A stretch of DNA of 64,000 bases from an uncultured Bacteroidales bacterium. GTDB lineage: Bacteria; Bacteroidota; Bacteroidia; Bacteroidales; JAADJA01. The number at the start of each line of letters is the position of its first letter. The stretch's first letter is position 1. The stretch covers positions 96,082 through 160,081 of the forward strand of contig CAVXGA010000012.1 in the NCBI GenBank assembly GCA_963761195.1, read 5' to 3'. Position numbers and translations under genes: made by a program. The notes under the pieces are model-generated. The model was not told the origin of the DNA, ran no database searches, and worked only from the letters and a program-made list of their open reading frames with translations. This document shows, piece by piece, positions 8,874-18,197 of the stretch.

Positions 8874-9212
8874 TTATAAATTAAGTAATTCTTGAACTTC
8901 AGTTTTAAGTTTTGGTAGGTGATTAATCAGGATGCTCCAAATAAGATCATCTGAGATTTTATCATAACCATGTGCTATCCTGTTTCTTGTCCCAACAATT
9001 TTTTGCGCATTAACAAGTTCAAATTTCCTGTCCCTTTTAAGTATTCGGTTTGTAGCTTCTCCAATAATTTCGATATTGCGCTCAACAGCACGCTTAGTTT
9101 TTATGTCCTTAATATAGTTTTCAAATATCCTTGGTTTATCGGCAAAATAACTCTCAATCTCTTCAATGGATTGAATAATATCATACAACCATGTCTTTAT
9201 TTCATTATCCAT
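8874..9212 (-). CDS. hepT: HepT-like (DUF86) RNase toxin of a type VII MNT/HepT toxin-antitoxin pair
   Basis: Rx4HxY motif within TRNRIAHGYD. Overlaps the upstream MNT gene by 8 nt. Confidence 0.85.
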   Translation of the reverse strand: MDNEIKTWLYDIIQSIEEIESYFADKPRIFENYIKDIKTKRAVERNIEIIGEATNRILKRDRKFELVNAQKIVGTRNRIAHGYDKISDDLIWSILINHLPKLKTEVQELLNL

Positions 9213-9504
9213 AAATAAGTTGTTTGGATTGATCTATGGATTGCCGTAAATATGGATTTTTTATTGCTTTATCTTCCAACAAATCCACATCTCTATTGAA
9301 TAATCGTTCCAATGACTCTTTGAAATCGAAATAATTATCAGCATAATAATATAAGTCGACATCATTAAAATCTACTACAAAATCAATATCACTGGTTTTT
9401 CTGAATCTGCCAGTTAATACCGATCCAAAAGCAAATAGTTTACTCACCTTGTGTTTCTTACACAAATCATTAATAATTTCAATATTTCTATCAACAATAT
9501 CCAT
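9205..9504 (-). CDS. mntA: MNT nucleotidyltransferase antitoxin
   Basis: FGSVLTGRFRKTSDIDFVVDF, which is a GS...DxD minimal nucleotidyltransferase motif. Confidence 0.85.
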   Translation of the reverse strand: MDIVDRNIEIINDLCKKHKVSKLFAFGSVLTGRFRKTSDIDFVVDFNDVDLYYYADNYFDFKESLERLFNRDVDLLEDKAIKNPYLRQSIDQSKQLIYG

Positions 9505-9764
9505 GTAGCAAAGATAGTAATTTGCTTCAATTTTTGGTAAGTGTCTGTTTTTTAAGGTTACACCCGACTTGTTTATAAATGAACCTCTCCCCTTTCTACC
9601 AAAAGCGGTTTATCGTTTTTCTCTGAAATTTCAGGTTTTGTTTCTGCACCTCTATGCTTGTTTTGTGTGGCTAATGTAAAGGTTTTTTTGAAACAGCAGA
9701 ATAGTTTTTTATTCATTTAATTAAATCAGCCGGTAGAATGGGCTGGTAAGAGAATATTTCTCTG

Positions 9765-9834
9765 AAATGTGTGAATGATGTAACTCTTTTCTATAATTGT
9801 GTAATGCTTTCCGAAATAGATAGAATGACCTTTG
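9765..9834 (+). promoter_or_regulatory. Stress-gene upstream element, copy 1 (box A 9765-9784, box B 9795-9805, box C 9828-9834)
   Basis: AAATGTGTGAATGATGTAACTCTTTTCTATAATTGTGTAATGC, then 25 nt, then CTTTG. Starts 134 nt before the ATG at 9899. Confidence 0.7.
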
Positions 9835-9898
9835 CTATCGTAATCACTTATTTACGCCCGTCCCGCAGGAAGCGGGGAAATTTTCAAAACATAAAGTC

Positions 9899-10054
9899 AT
9901 GGGAAACTTACTCTATTTCTTAGCGGTTATCCTCCTGATAGGTTGGGCAATCGGATTTTTTGCCTATAGCGCCGGAGGGATTATACACATTCTGCTTGTA
10001 ATTGCAATTATTGCAATACTATTTCAGGTTATCCGGGGGAGAAGAACCATTTGA
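9899..10054 (+). CDS. lmo0937-family small membrane protein (51 aa; below the ORF-track cutoff)
   Basis: MGNLLYFLAVILLIGWAIGFFAYSAGGIIHILLVIAIIAILFQVIRGRRTI. It has the two-helix hairpin typical of this family. Confidence 0.75.
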   Translation: MGNLLYFLAVILLIGWAIGFFAYSAGGIIHILLVIAIIAILFQVIRGRRTI

Positions 10055-10209
10055 TCATGAAATTTATAGTTATTCGAATCATACTCTATGTTTAACCTTA
10101 AATGGCGTGCTTTGGTTTGATGTTAATCAACCCATATATATTTTAATTATCCATAAAGATTTAAATGAAGCAATAAAATTAATTTTAAATAAATTTAAAC
10201 ATAAAGAAA

Positions 10210-10710
10210 ATGAGAAGATCAGTGTTGACCATATTGTTAGTTTTAATAATTAGCATGCTTTTTGCCCAAACTCCGTTGCCGAATGGTAAGGTCCAGCTTA
10301 ATGCCGGGGTAGGTTTATATTCAGGCGGAATTCCCGTTTATGTAGGTTTCGATGTAGGTGTTCCCAAAGATTTTACCGTCGGCGGAGAATTGTCTTTCGC
10401 ATCCTATTACGATGACTGGCATTCCAGACATTACCATCATACGGTTACAGGTATTTCCGGCAATTTTAATTATCATTTTAACAGGTTGCTCAACATCACT
10501 CCAAAATGGGATGTGTATGCCGGTCTGAACCTGGGATTTTACATCTGGAATTCGCCCAACGATTATGAAGGAAATCATAGTTCAGGTCTTGGTTTGGGCT
10601 TACAGGTTGGCGGAAGGTACTACTTTACGGATAAATTCGGGATTAATCTTGAATTTGGTGGTGGTAATGAATTTTCGGGAGCCAAATTCGGTATTTCAAT
10701 CCGATTCTAA
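10210..10710 (+). CDS. Small outer-membrane beta-barrel protein (OMP_b-brl / OmpW-like)
   Basis: Signal peptide, alternating aromatic/Gly beta-strand pattern, and a C-terminal ...KFGISIRF. Confidence 0.65.
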   Translation: MRRSVLTILLVLIISMLFAQTPLPNGKVQLNAGVGLYSGGIPVYVGFDVGVPKDFTVGGELSFASYYDDWHSRHYHHTVTGISGNFNYHFNRLLNITPKWDVYAGLNLGFYIWNSPNDYEGNHSSGLGLGLQVGGRYYFTDKFGINLEFGGGNEFSGAKFGISIRF

Positions 10711-11001
10711 AATGCTTGCGGGTTAGGATGCCTTGAAAAAGATGCATCTAATGATACGCATATTTATTACAGGTATGCAGGTAAAATTCCTGTTTACTGT
10801 AGCTTTATTGCAATAGATAAGGAAATAACCACCTTCAAAAAACCATCCCGATTCGTGAAGGCTTCCTTTTAATTAATCTGTTAATTATTTTACCACTCAT
10901 TGTTTGCTTGACAAAACTTCAGGGATATCGATTCCAGACAATTGATTGACACGTTACTTTTTATAGACTTCAGTGACTAACCAAAAACGCATCCCATTTG
11001 T

Positions 11002-11071
11002 AAATGTGTGAATCATGTAACTCTTTTGCATAATTGTGTAATGCTTTCCGGAAAAGATAGACGGAACTTTA
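11002..11071 (+). promoter_or_regulatory. Stress-gene upstream element, copy 2
   Basis: AAATGTGTGAATCATGTAACTCTTTTGCATAATTGTGTAATGC, then 25 nt, then CTTTA. Also starts 134 nt before its ATG (11136). Confidence 0.7.
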
Positions 11072-11135
11072 CTCGTGTAATCATTTTATTAAACCTGTTA
11101 AAAAGGAAGCAGGAAATTTAAATAAATTTTTAGTC

Positions 11136-11291
11136 ATGAGAACTATGCTAAATGTCATTGCAATAATTTTGGTTGTTGCCTGGGCAATCGGATTTTTTAA
11201 ATACAGCGCCGGGGGAATGATAAACATTCTTCTTGCACTAGCTCTTTTTGCAGTATTGCTAAGGGTGTTGATGGGACCAAGAAGCATTTAA
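11136..11291 (+). CDS. lmo0937-family small membrane protein (51 aa)
   Basis: MRTMLNVIAIILVVAWAIGFFKYSAGGMINILLALALFAVLLRVLMGPRSI, a paralog of 9899-10054. The listed minus ORF 11081-11287 is its antisense shadow. Confidence 0.75.
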   Translation: MRTMLNVIAIILVVAWAIGFFKYSAGGMINILLALALFAVLLRVLMGPRSI

Positions 11292-11413
11292 AAATGCCTC
11301 CTTAATTACATGATCATTTATGGCAAATGCTTCATAATCTGCGAATTTTATCAGACGACTCCATGACCCCATAATTAAAATTATACGGATGTTAAAAAAC
11401 TAATTAAAGCTAC

Positions 11414-12457
11414 ATGATAGAGGTCAAAAAGGAAGGTATATTACTCACTAAAACAAATTTAGAATTTGAAAACGAAGGGGTTCTGAATCCTGCAGTAATT
11501 CGCGAAGGAGATAGTGTTCATCTTTTTTACCGGGCTGTGCAACAAGGAAATCATTCGAGTATAGGCTATTGCCGACTGGATGGTCCGTTAACTGTCGCTG
11601 AACGATGGGATAAACCTTTTATGGTTCCCGAATTTGAATACGAATCGCAGGGCGTTGAAGATGCTCGTATTGTAAAGATTGACGACCTGTTTTATTTGAC
11701 TTATACCGGTTACGACGGAACAAATGCCCGCGGAGCTTTTGCTACTTCAAAAGATTTAAGCCATTTCACAAAACAAGGGCTCATTGTTCCTCCCATAACG
11801 TATGCACAATTTGTATTCCTTGCTGAAACTGCCGGAAAAGTAAACCCAAATTATTACCGTAATCATAAGTTTTACTACCAGAAAGCTGATCCTGAAAAAA
11901 AAATAATGTTGTGGGACAAAAATGTAGTTTTCTTTCCCCGAAAAATTAATGGGAAATTGGTATTCCTTCACCGGATCAGGCCCGGCATTCAGATTGTTTC
12001 TATAGATCAAATAAAAGAACTAACTATACAATTCTGGGAAAACTATTTTATCAACCTGCAGGAACATATTGTTATGGATCCTGTTCATGCGCACGAATCA
12101 AGCTACATCGGCAGCGGCTGCCCACCTGTTGAAACAGAACACGGATGGTTGCTGATTTATCATGGAGTAAAAAAAACCCGCCAGGGGATTGTTTATTCGG
12201 CCTGTGCTGCCTTACTGGATCTGAATGATCCTTCGAAAGAGTTGGCGCGGCTGCCTTATCCATTATTTTCGCCGGAATATGAATGGGAATTGCATGGTGA
12301 GGTGAATAACGTCGTATTTCCTACCGGTACTGTGCTTTTTGGAAATACCCTATTTATATATTACGGAGCAGCAGATACACATAGTGCCTGTGCTTCCGTT
12401 AGTTTATCAGCAATATTGGAAGAATTGTTAACTTATACGAACAGTGATGAAAAATAA
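11414..12457 (+). CDS. Glycoside hydrolase family 130 (DUF377-type) protein, putative beta-mannoside phosphorylase/transferase
   Basis: GVLNPAVIREGDSVHLFYRAV, GVEDARIVKIDDLFYLTYTGYDG and WLLIYHGV are GH130 five-bladed propeller signatures. Confidence 0.7.
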   Translation: MIEVKKEGILLTKTNLEFENEGVLNPAVIREGDSVHLFYRAVQQGNHSSIGYCRLDGPLTVAERWDKPFMVPEFEYESQGVEDARIVKIDDLFYLTYTGYDGTNARGAFATSKDLSHFTKQGLIVPPITYAQFVFLAETAGKVNPNYYRNHKFYYQKADPEKKIMLWDKNVVFFPRKINGKLVFLHRIRPGIQIVSIDQIKELTIQFWENYFINLQEHIVMDPVHAHESSYIGSGCPPVETEHGWLLIYHGVKKTRQGIVYSACAALLDLNDPSKELARLPYPLFSPEYEWELHGEVNNVVFPTGTVLFGNTLFIYYGAADTHSACASVSLSAILEELLTYTNSDEK

Positions 12458-14903
12458 AATAGTTTCTATCGGATTTAATAATGTGATCAATCATCAGAAA
12501 GAGTTGTCTCATTTGAAAAATACCATTCCTACGAGAATCACTCTTAAAAACATTGATATAGAACCGAATCCGGACAAAAAAACGGATTTGGCTGAAATCT
12601 TGTTTATTACCTCCTATCCACCAAGGGAGTGCGGTATAGCGACCTATTCACAGGATTTGATAAAATCCCTTAATAATAAATTCAGCAATTCCTTCTCTAT
12701 AAAAGTTTGTGCGCTGGAATCAGGAGATGCCAATTATCCATATCCTGAGGAAGTAAAATGTATTCTTAAAACATCCCTGGCTTCCGGATATGATAAACTG
12801 GCATTGACCATTAATAATGACAATCGCATCAAAATTGTTCTGATACAGCATGAGTTCGGCTTTTATAGATTGCAGGAACAAGCATTTATAAAGTTTTTAC
12901 ATAAACTTTCAAAACCGGTTGTTATTGTTTTTCATACCGTATTGCCACATCCTGATGAAGCATTAAAATCAAAGATACAAAGTATTGCGGCTGCCTGCGA
13001 GGCCATTGTTGTAATGACCCATATTTCGGAAGGGATTTTAACAAATGATTATGGATTGCCGGATCAAAAAATATCCGTGATAGCCCACGGTACTCATTTG
13101 GTCTCCCATTTAAGTAAGAAATTTTTAAAAAGTAAATATGGATTAAAAGGCAGGAAAGTCCTTTCAACATTTGGCCTGCTAAGTTCGGGAAAGAGTATTG
13201 AAACTACATTGGAAGCATTGCCGGCCATTATAAAAACCAGCCCCGAAGTCGTATTTCTGGTAATCGGCAAGACCCATCCCGAAGTTGTGAAGACAGAAGG
13301 AGAAAAATACAGGGAAATGCTTGAACAAAAAGTGAAACAATATGATCTTCAGGATCATGTGATATTTATTAATAAATATGTTGCATTACCTGAATTGCTC
13401 GAATATTTGCAGCTTACCGATATTTACCTGTTTACCACCAACGATCCGAACCAGGCCGTAAGCGGCACATTTGCCTATGCCATGAGCTGCGCCTGCCCAA
13501 TCATCTCCACCCCTATTCCTCATGCAAGGGAAATATTGACTGAGGATACCGGAATTATTTTTGATTTTCGCAACTCAGAACAATTGGCTAATGGCGTTAT
13601 ACGGTTACTCACCGATGATCCGTTGCGAAGGAATATCAGTACAAATACGCTGGAGAAAATCGTCTCCACTGCCTGGGAAAATTCTGCCGTTGCACATGCA
13701 ATGCTGTTCGAAAAAATTGCCGGAGAAAAAATTGTGCTGCAATATAATCTTCCGGCCATCAACCTGGACCACCTGAAACAAATGACTACGGATACCGGGA
13801 TCATTCAATTTTCAAAAATCAATCAACCCGATATCAGTAGCGGTTATACCTTAGATGATAATGCCAGAGCACTGGTAGCCATGTGCATGCACTTTAAACT
13901 GACTGGTGATGAGTCGAGTGTAGATTACATTGCAAAATATCTCGATTTTATAAAATATTGCCAGCAACCGGCAGGAAATTTTTTAAATTATGTAGATAAG
14001 GATAACAATTTTACCGAACAAAACAATGCTGTCAATTTGGATGATGCCAATGGAAGAGCTGTTTGGGCCCTGGGATATTTAGTGTCATTATCGAGCCTGC
14101 TGCCCGCGGAGATTATTTTTGAGGCTAATGAAATCATTCAAAAAACAATTCCTCACATAGAAACAATGCATTCAACACGGGCTATGGCCTTTGCTATAAA
14201 AGGATTGTATTTCTATCATACGAGCATAAAACTGCCTGAACAGTTTAACCTGATTAAAACACTGGCAAATCGTTTGGTTCAGATGTATAAACATGAATCG
14301 GATGAAAAATGGGAATGGTTTGAAACCTATCTCACCTATGCCAACAGTATATTGCCCGAATCCATGTTATATGCCTGGTTATTAACCGGAGATACTGTTT
14401 ACAAAGACATCGCCAGATCATCGTTTAATTTTCTTTTATCGCAAACCTTTAATGAAAACGGGATAGAAGTAATTTCGAATAAAGACTGGCTGCAAAAGGG
14501 AGAGAATGCAGGGGGTTTTGGCGAACAACCTATTGATGTTGCCTATACCATAATGACTTTAAGCGCTTTTTATGACGAATTTATGGATGATAGCTATCGC
14601 CTGAAAATGGAAACGGCCTTCAACTGGTTTTTAGGGAACAACCGATTGCATCAGATTATTTATAATCCTTGCACCGGGGGTTGCTACGACGGGCTGGAAG
14701 AAAAACATGTGAACATAAATCAGGGTGCAGAGTCAACGATAAGTCATCTGATAGCAAGATTTACAATTGAAAAGTATAAAATTTCACAGACCCGACTTAA
14801 AACTCAATTGCGAAATCATATCAGGGTGCATAAAAAAAACAGCGAATTTGTATATTCGACCGTTGATAAAAATGAACCGGGTGCTCATTTTTTCATTTCA
14901 TAA
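12447..14903 (+). CDS. GT4-family glycosyltransferase fused to a C-terminal domain of about 400 aa with unknown function
   Basis: The N-terminal roughly 420 aa look like GT-B/GT4 (FITSYPPRECGIATYSQDL, a GKTHPEVV-type region). The C-terminal half has no motif I recognise. The start overlaps the GH130 stop. Confidence 0.65.
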   Translation: MKNKIVSIGFNNVINHQKELSHLKNTIPTRITLKNIDIEPNPDKKTDLAEILFITSYPPRECGIATYSQDLIKSLNNKFSNSFSIKVCALESGDANYPYPEEVKCILKTSLASGYDKLALTINNDNRIKIVLIQHEFGFYRLQEQAFIKFLHKLSKPVVIVFHTVLPHPDEALKSKIQSIAAACEAIVVMTHISEGILTNDYGLPDQKISVIAHGTHLVSHLSKKFLKSKYGLKGRKVLSTFGLLSSGKSIETTLEALPAIIKTSPEVVFLVIGKTHPEVVKTEGEKYREMLEQKVKQYDLQDHVIFINKYVALPELLEYLQLTDIYLFTTNDPNQAVSGTFAYAMSCACPIISTPIPHAREILTEDTGIIFDFRNSEQLANGVIRLLTDDPLRRNISTNTLEKIVSTAWENSAVAHAMLFEKIAGEKIVLQYNLPAINLDHLKQMTTDTGIIQFSKINQPDISSGYTLDDNARALVAMCMHFKLTGDESSVDYIAKYLDFIKYCQQPAGNFLNYVDKDNNFTEQNNAVNLDDANGRAVWALGYLVSLSSLLPAEIIFEANEIIQKTIPHIETMHSTRAMAFAIKGLYFYHTSIKLPEQFNLIKTLANRLVQMYKHESDEKWEWFETYLTYANSILPESMLYAWLLTGDTVYKDIARSSFNFLLSQTFNENGIEVISNKDWLQKGENAGGFGEQPIDVAYTIMTLSAFYDEFMDDSYRLKMETAFNWFLGNNRLHQIIYNPCTGGCYDGLEEKHVNINQGAESTISHLIARFTIEKYKISQTRLKTQLRNHIRVHKKNSEFVYSTVDKNEPGAHFFIS

Positions 14904-14926
14904 CAATGCCGCAGGTATCATACACA

Positions 14927-14963
14927 TTTTTCAGCATAAAATTGTAAAATATTGGCTGAAAAA
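14927..14963 (+). terminator. Inverted repeat TTTTTCAGC-N19-GCTGAAAAA, 3' of the GT4 gene
   Basis: A perfect 9-bp stem with A/T flanks, but the long loop weakens the call. Confidence 0.3.
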
Positions 14964-15397
14964 TATATAAAAATATTTTCACAACAGTAGTTATCGGAAT
15001 AACCTGCTATCAGGATACCCTGATTAACAAAAACCTATGGAATCAAGCAATACTCCCAATTCATAATTGCAACACTAACCATGGATCCAAAATAGATATG
15101 GTTGCTTCGCATAGCTGTTAAGTTTCGGTATAAAAGAATTGAGTAATTCCAAAAAAAGTTTATCATAGGCCGAATATAACCAAAATAAAGATAAATTTGG
15201 ATTTTTTTTATTGGTAATTCTGATTGCTTAATTCTATTGAAAAAGTATACGATATCAAGATTTTGTTTGAGGCTGATATTAGAATATTAGAGATGATTAT
15301 CTACTAATTAAGCATTTATGTGTGTGGTACAGATATTGCACAATAGAATAAGCACATTTCACCTTATATAAAAATTGAAGGTCTAATTTGATTTACA

Positions 15398-16870
15398 ATG
15401 CAAGTTAAAGTAACTAGAAAAGACGTATTATTTAAACCGGATCCAACCCGGGTAATAGCCCGATATATAAGTTATTCTGAAAGTAATAATATTCGCATTA
15501 TCTTAAATGTCCTTTCCATGTCGGAGCTGGATGTAGATATTGCTGTTAATCAGGTATTAAGAGGATATTCAAAAAGACATAGAAGAATTTCAAATATATT
15601 TGAAAAACACTTTATAAAGCTGAAGAATGATTTAGCATCAAAGAATATTATTCCAGATGCACTGAATCAGAACCGGAGGCTGTTGATAGGCTCCTATTTT
15701 ACGATGGAGTATTCCATTGAATCAGCTGCATTTTTTAATCCTTCGATAGTGGAGCATCCTGATCAGACTGAATTACAACATGGTGAAAAAAGGATAATTA
15801 TGAGCTTCAGGGCTACCGGTGAAGGTCATATATCTTCGATTGTTTTCCGTTCTGGTGTGCTGGATATGAATAATGTAATGAGTTTTGAGCCCCGTGGGAG
15901 AATGCTGGATGAACCTGAAACCATCAGGCATTATTTGTATGATAAAAAATCCTTTCAGGAAAAGTTGGAAAATATGAAATTTTATGACAACACCTTACCT
16001 CCTTCAGTAATCCTGGACCAGCTCGAAGATGAATTCACTTATCTCGAATTGCAAAAATGTGTGGAAGAGGCCAATAATACTTTTCCATTCTCAGAAATAA
16101 AAACCCTGACGCTAAAACAGATCATGTGGCTTGCTTCATCACATTATGAAATTGAATTTTCCTTTGATACTTCCATGTCAGAACGGGTTATTTTTCCGGT
16201 TATGCAAACTGAAAAAAATGGTATTGAAGACGCCCGTTTTGTCCGTTTTGTTGATGATGACGGAACCATAAAGTATTTTGCAACATATACAGCATATGAC
16301 GGATCCGTAATTATGCCCAAGCTGATCGAAACAAATTCTTTTTACAGGTTCCAGATTTCTCCGATTAATGGTGACTTTGCTATGAACAAAGGAATGGCAG
16401 TTTTCCCCAGGAAAATCAATGGGAAATATGCTATGCTGGGCCGTATTGATGATGCCTCCATCTACATTTCATTTTCGGATGATTATAAAGTCTGGAATGA
16501 AGCACAACTTATTCAGGAACCAAAGTACCCATGGGAATTTGTTAAAATAGGCAATTGTGGTTCACCGATTGAAACTGATGAGGGTTGGCTGATTATTACC
16601 CATGGGGTCGGACAAATGAGGGAATATGTTCTGGGTGCCAGCTTGTTCGATTTAGATAATCCAACCAAAGAAATCGGTAGATTAAAAACTCCAATGATGA
16701 TTCCCAACATGGAAGAGCGAGAGGGTTATGTCCCCAATGTACTCTATTCCTGTGGTTCTATTATAAATAACGGAGAACTTGTGATTCCTTATGCCATGTC
16801 AGATTATGCTTCTACATATGCTACTGTTAATTTAAAGGAACTTCTGGGTGAGTTGAAGAATTCCAAATAG
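15398..16870 (+). CDS. Long-form GH130 family protein (490 aa, about 150-aa N-terminal extension)
   Basis: GIEDARFVRFVDDDGTIKYFATYTAYDG, VFPRKINGKYAML and WLIITHGV. Confidence 0.7.
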   Translation: MQVKVTRKDVLFKPDPTRVIARYISYSESNNIRIILNVLSMSELDVDIAVNQVLRGYSKRHRRISNIFEKHFIKLKNDLASKNIIPDALNQNRRLLIGSYFTMEYSIESAAFFNPSIVEHPDQTELQHGEKRIIMSFRATGEGHISSIVFRSGVLDMNNVMSFEPRGRMLDEPETIRHYLYDKKSFQEKLENMKFYDNTLPPSVILDQLEDEFTYLELQKCVEEANNTFPFSEIKTLTLKQIMWLASSHYEIEFSFDTSMSERVIFPVMQTEKNGIEDARFVRFVDDDGTIKYFATYTAYDGSVIMPKLIETNSFYRFQISPINGDFAMNKGMAVFPRKINGKYAMLGRIDDASIYISFSDDYKVWNEAQLIQEPKYPWEFVKIGNCGSPIETDEGWLIITHGVGQMREYVLGASLFDLDNPTKEIGRLKTPMMIPNMEEREGYVPNVLYSCGSIINNGELVIPYAMSDYASTYATVNLKELLGELKNSK

Positions 16871-16964
16871 TGTCCCCAACATTATTTTTTATTCATTTGT
16901 GACTTCTTCATTATAAATATTTGTCCTGATTTACCTTCAGGTTCGAACATCCCACATTTTTTGA

Positions 16965-17034
16965 AAAGGTGTGAATTATGTAATTTTAATATAAAATTGT
17001 GTAACACATATTTTGCTATAGTTATTCAACTTTG
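16965..17034 (+). promoter_or_regulatory. Stress-gene upstream element, copy 3
   Basis: AAAGGTGTGAATTATGTAATTTTAATATAAAATTGTGTAACAC, then 25 nt, then CTTTG. Starts 99 nt before the ATG at 17064. Confidence 0.65.
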
Positions 17035-17063
17035 TAACAGTATTATTCACTAAAAAAAACAAG

Positions 17064-17840
17064 ATGAAAAAAACATTTCAATTCCTTGCATTCTTAACCT
17101 TGATTTTTAGCATGTTAATTATATCATGCGTACCAACCAGAAAACTTGAGGTTTCAAAAGCCAAAGTTGATAAGCTACAAAAAGACAGCACGAAAACGCA
17201 CAATCAACTGAATGAGTGCAATTCGCAAAAAGCATCCCTGCAGGATGAATACGCTGCTGTTCAAAATGATTTGAAGGTTCTTTCAACCGAATCAAATCTG
17301 ACCATTGCCGACCAGGCGAAACGATTGAAAAATCTTCAGGATATGATTCAGTCACAAAAGGATGTAATGACTAAACTTAAAAATTCAATAGCCGATGCGC
17401 TTATGAATTATAAAACCGATGAGCTATCCGTTTATACTAAAGACGGAAAGGTTTATGTTTCGCTTCAGGAAAAATTGCTTTTCAAATCAGGCAGCGATGT
17501 GGTTAATCCTCAGGGTAAAGAAGCACTTAAAACGCTTGCTCAGGTGCTCAACAGCACCAAAGACATTAATGTGTTGATTGAAGGCCATACGGATAATGTC
17601 CCTATTAAAACAAAATTGTTTAAAGATAATTGGGATCTCAGCACCGCAAGAGCCACATCCATTGTACGAATTTTGACAAAAGACAATGGCTTTGATTCGA
17701 GTCGTATAACAGCAGCAGGCAGAGGTGAATTTCATCCCGTATTAACAAATGAAACAGAGGAAGGACGTGCCGGCAACCGCCGAACTGAAATCATTCTATC
17801 ACCTAACTTGAGCGAGCTCTATAAACTATTGGGTCAATAA
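17064..17840 (+). CDS. OmpA-family lipoprotein with an N-terminal coiled coil
   Basis: Lipobox LIISC. The OmpA C-terminal domain shows TDNVPI...NRRTEIILSP. Confidence 0.8.
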   Translation: MKKTFQFLAFLTLIFSMLIISCVPTRKLEVSKAKVDKLQKDSTKTHNQLNECNSQKASLQDEYAAVQNDLKVLSTESNLTIADQAKRLKNLQDMIQSQKDVMTKLKNSIADALMNYKTDELSVYTKDGKVYVSLQEKLLFKSGSDVVNPQGKEALKTLAQVLNSTKDINVLIEGHTDNVPIKTKLFKDNWDLSTARATSIVRILTKDNGFDSSRITAAGRGEFHPVLTNETEEGRAGNRRTEIILSPNLSELYKLLGQ

Positions 17841-18081
17841 AAATGGATCGTGTTTTTGCCTCTCTTTAAGCAAAATTATATGTTAACTCATAGTATCAAT
17901 AATATACGCAAAGAACCAATGACTTAACCGGGTTAATCCGGTATTACGATACATTTAGGCTTTGTTCGTTTATCCTGATTTATCAAACGCTTCAAAGCCT
18001 TATTGTTTTTTATTATTTGAATTTTTATGCTTATTCATGTTAACTAATTTGGATTCAGTTACCTTTTAGAAAATTCACGAA

Positions 18082-18150
18082 AAATGTGTGAATTATGTAA
18101 TTCTTATCCTGAATTGTGTAATACTTTCTGCAGTCATTTGAATTACTTTT
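18082..18150 (+). promoter_or_regulatory. Stress-gene upstream element, copy 4
   Basis: AAATGTGTGAATTATGTAATTCTTATCCTGAATTGTGTAATAC, then 24 nt, then CTTTT. Starts 116 nt before the ATG at 18198. Confidence 0.65.
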
Positions 18151-18197
18151 AAGCGACTTATTTAACGGTAATTAGTTGGATGATGTAACCTCAGACA

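Noticed and set aside
10002-10253. 83-aa + ORF bridging the lmo0937-like gene and the beta-barrel gene
   Set aside because: It overlaps the end of the 51-aa gene in another frame and the signal-peptide start of 10210-10710, and has no motif. It is most likely spurious.
15315-15344. Sixth copy of the stress element upstream of the long GH130 gene (tttatgtgtgtggtacagatattgcacaat)
   Set aside because: It shares only ATGTGTG and an inverted, closer ATTGTGCAAT. The spacing and the central ATGTAAY box are missing. It is too degenerate to count.
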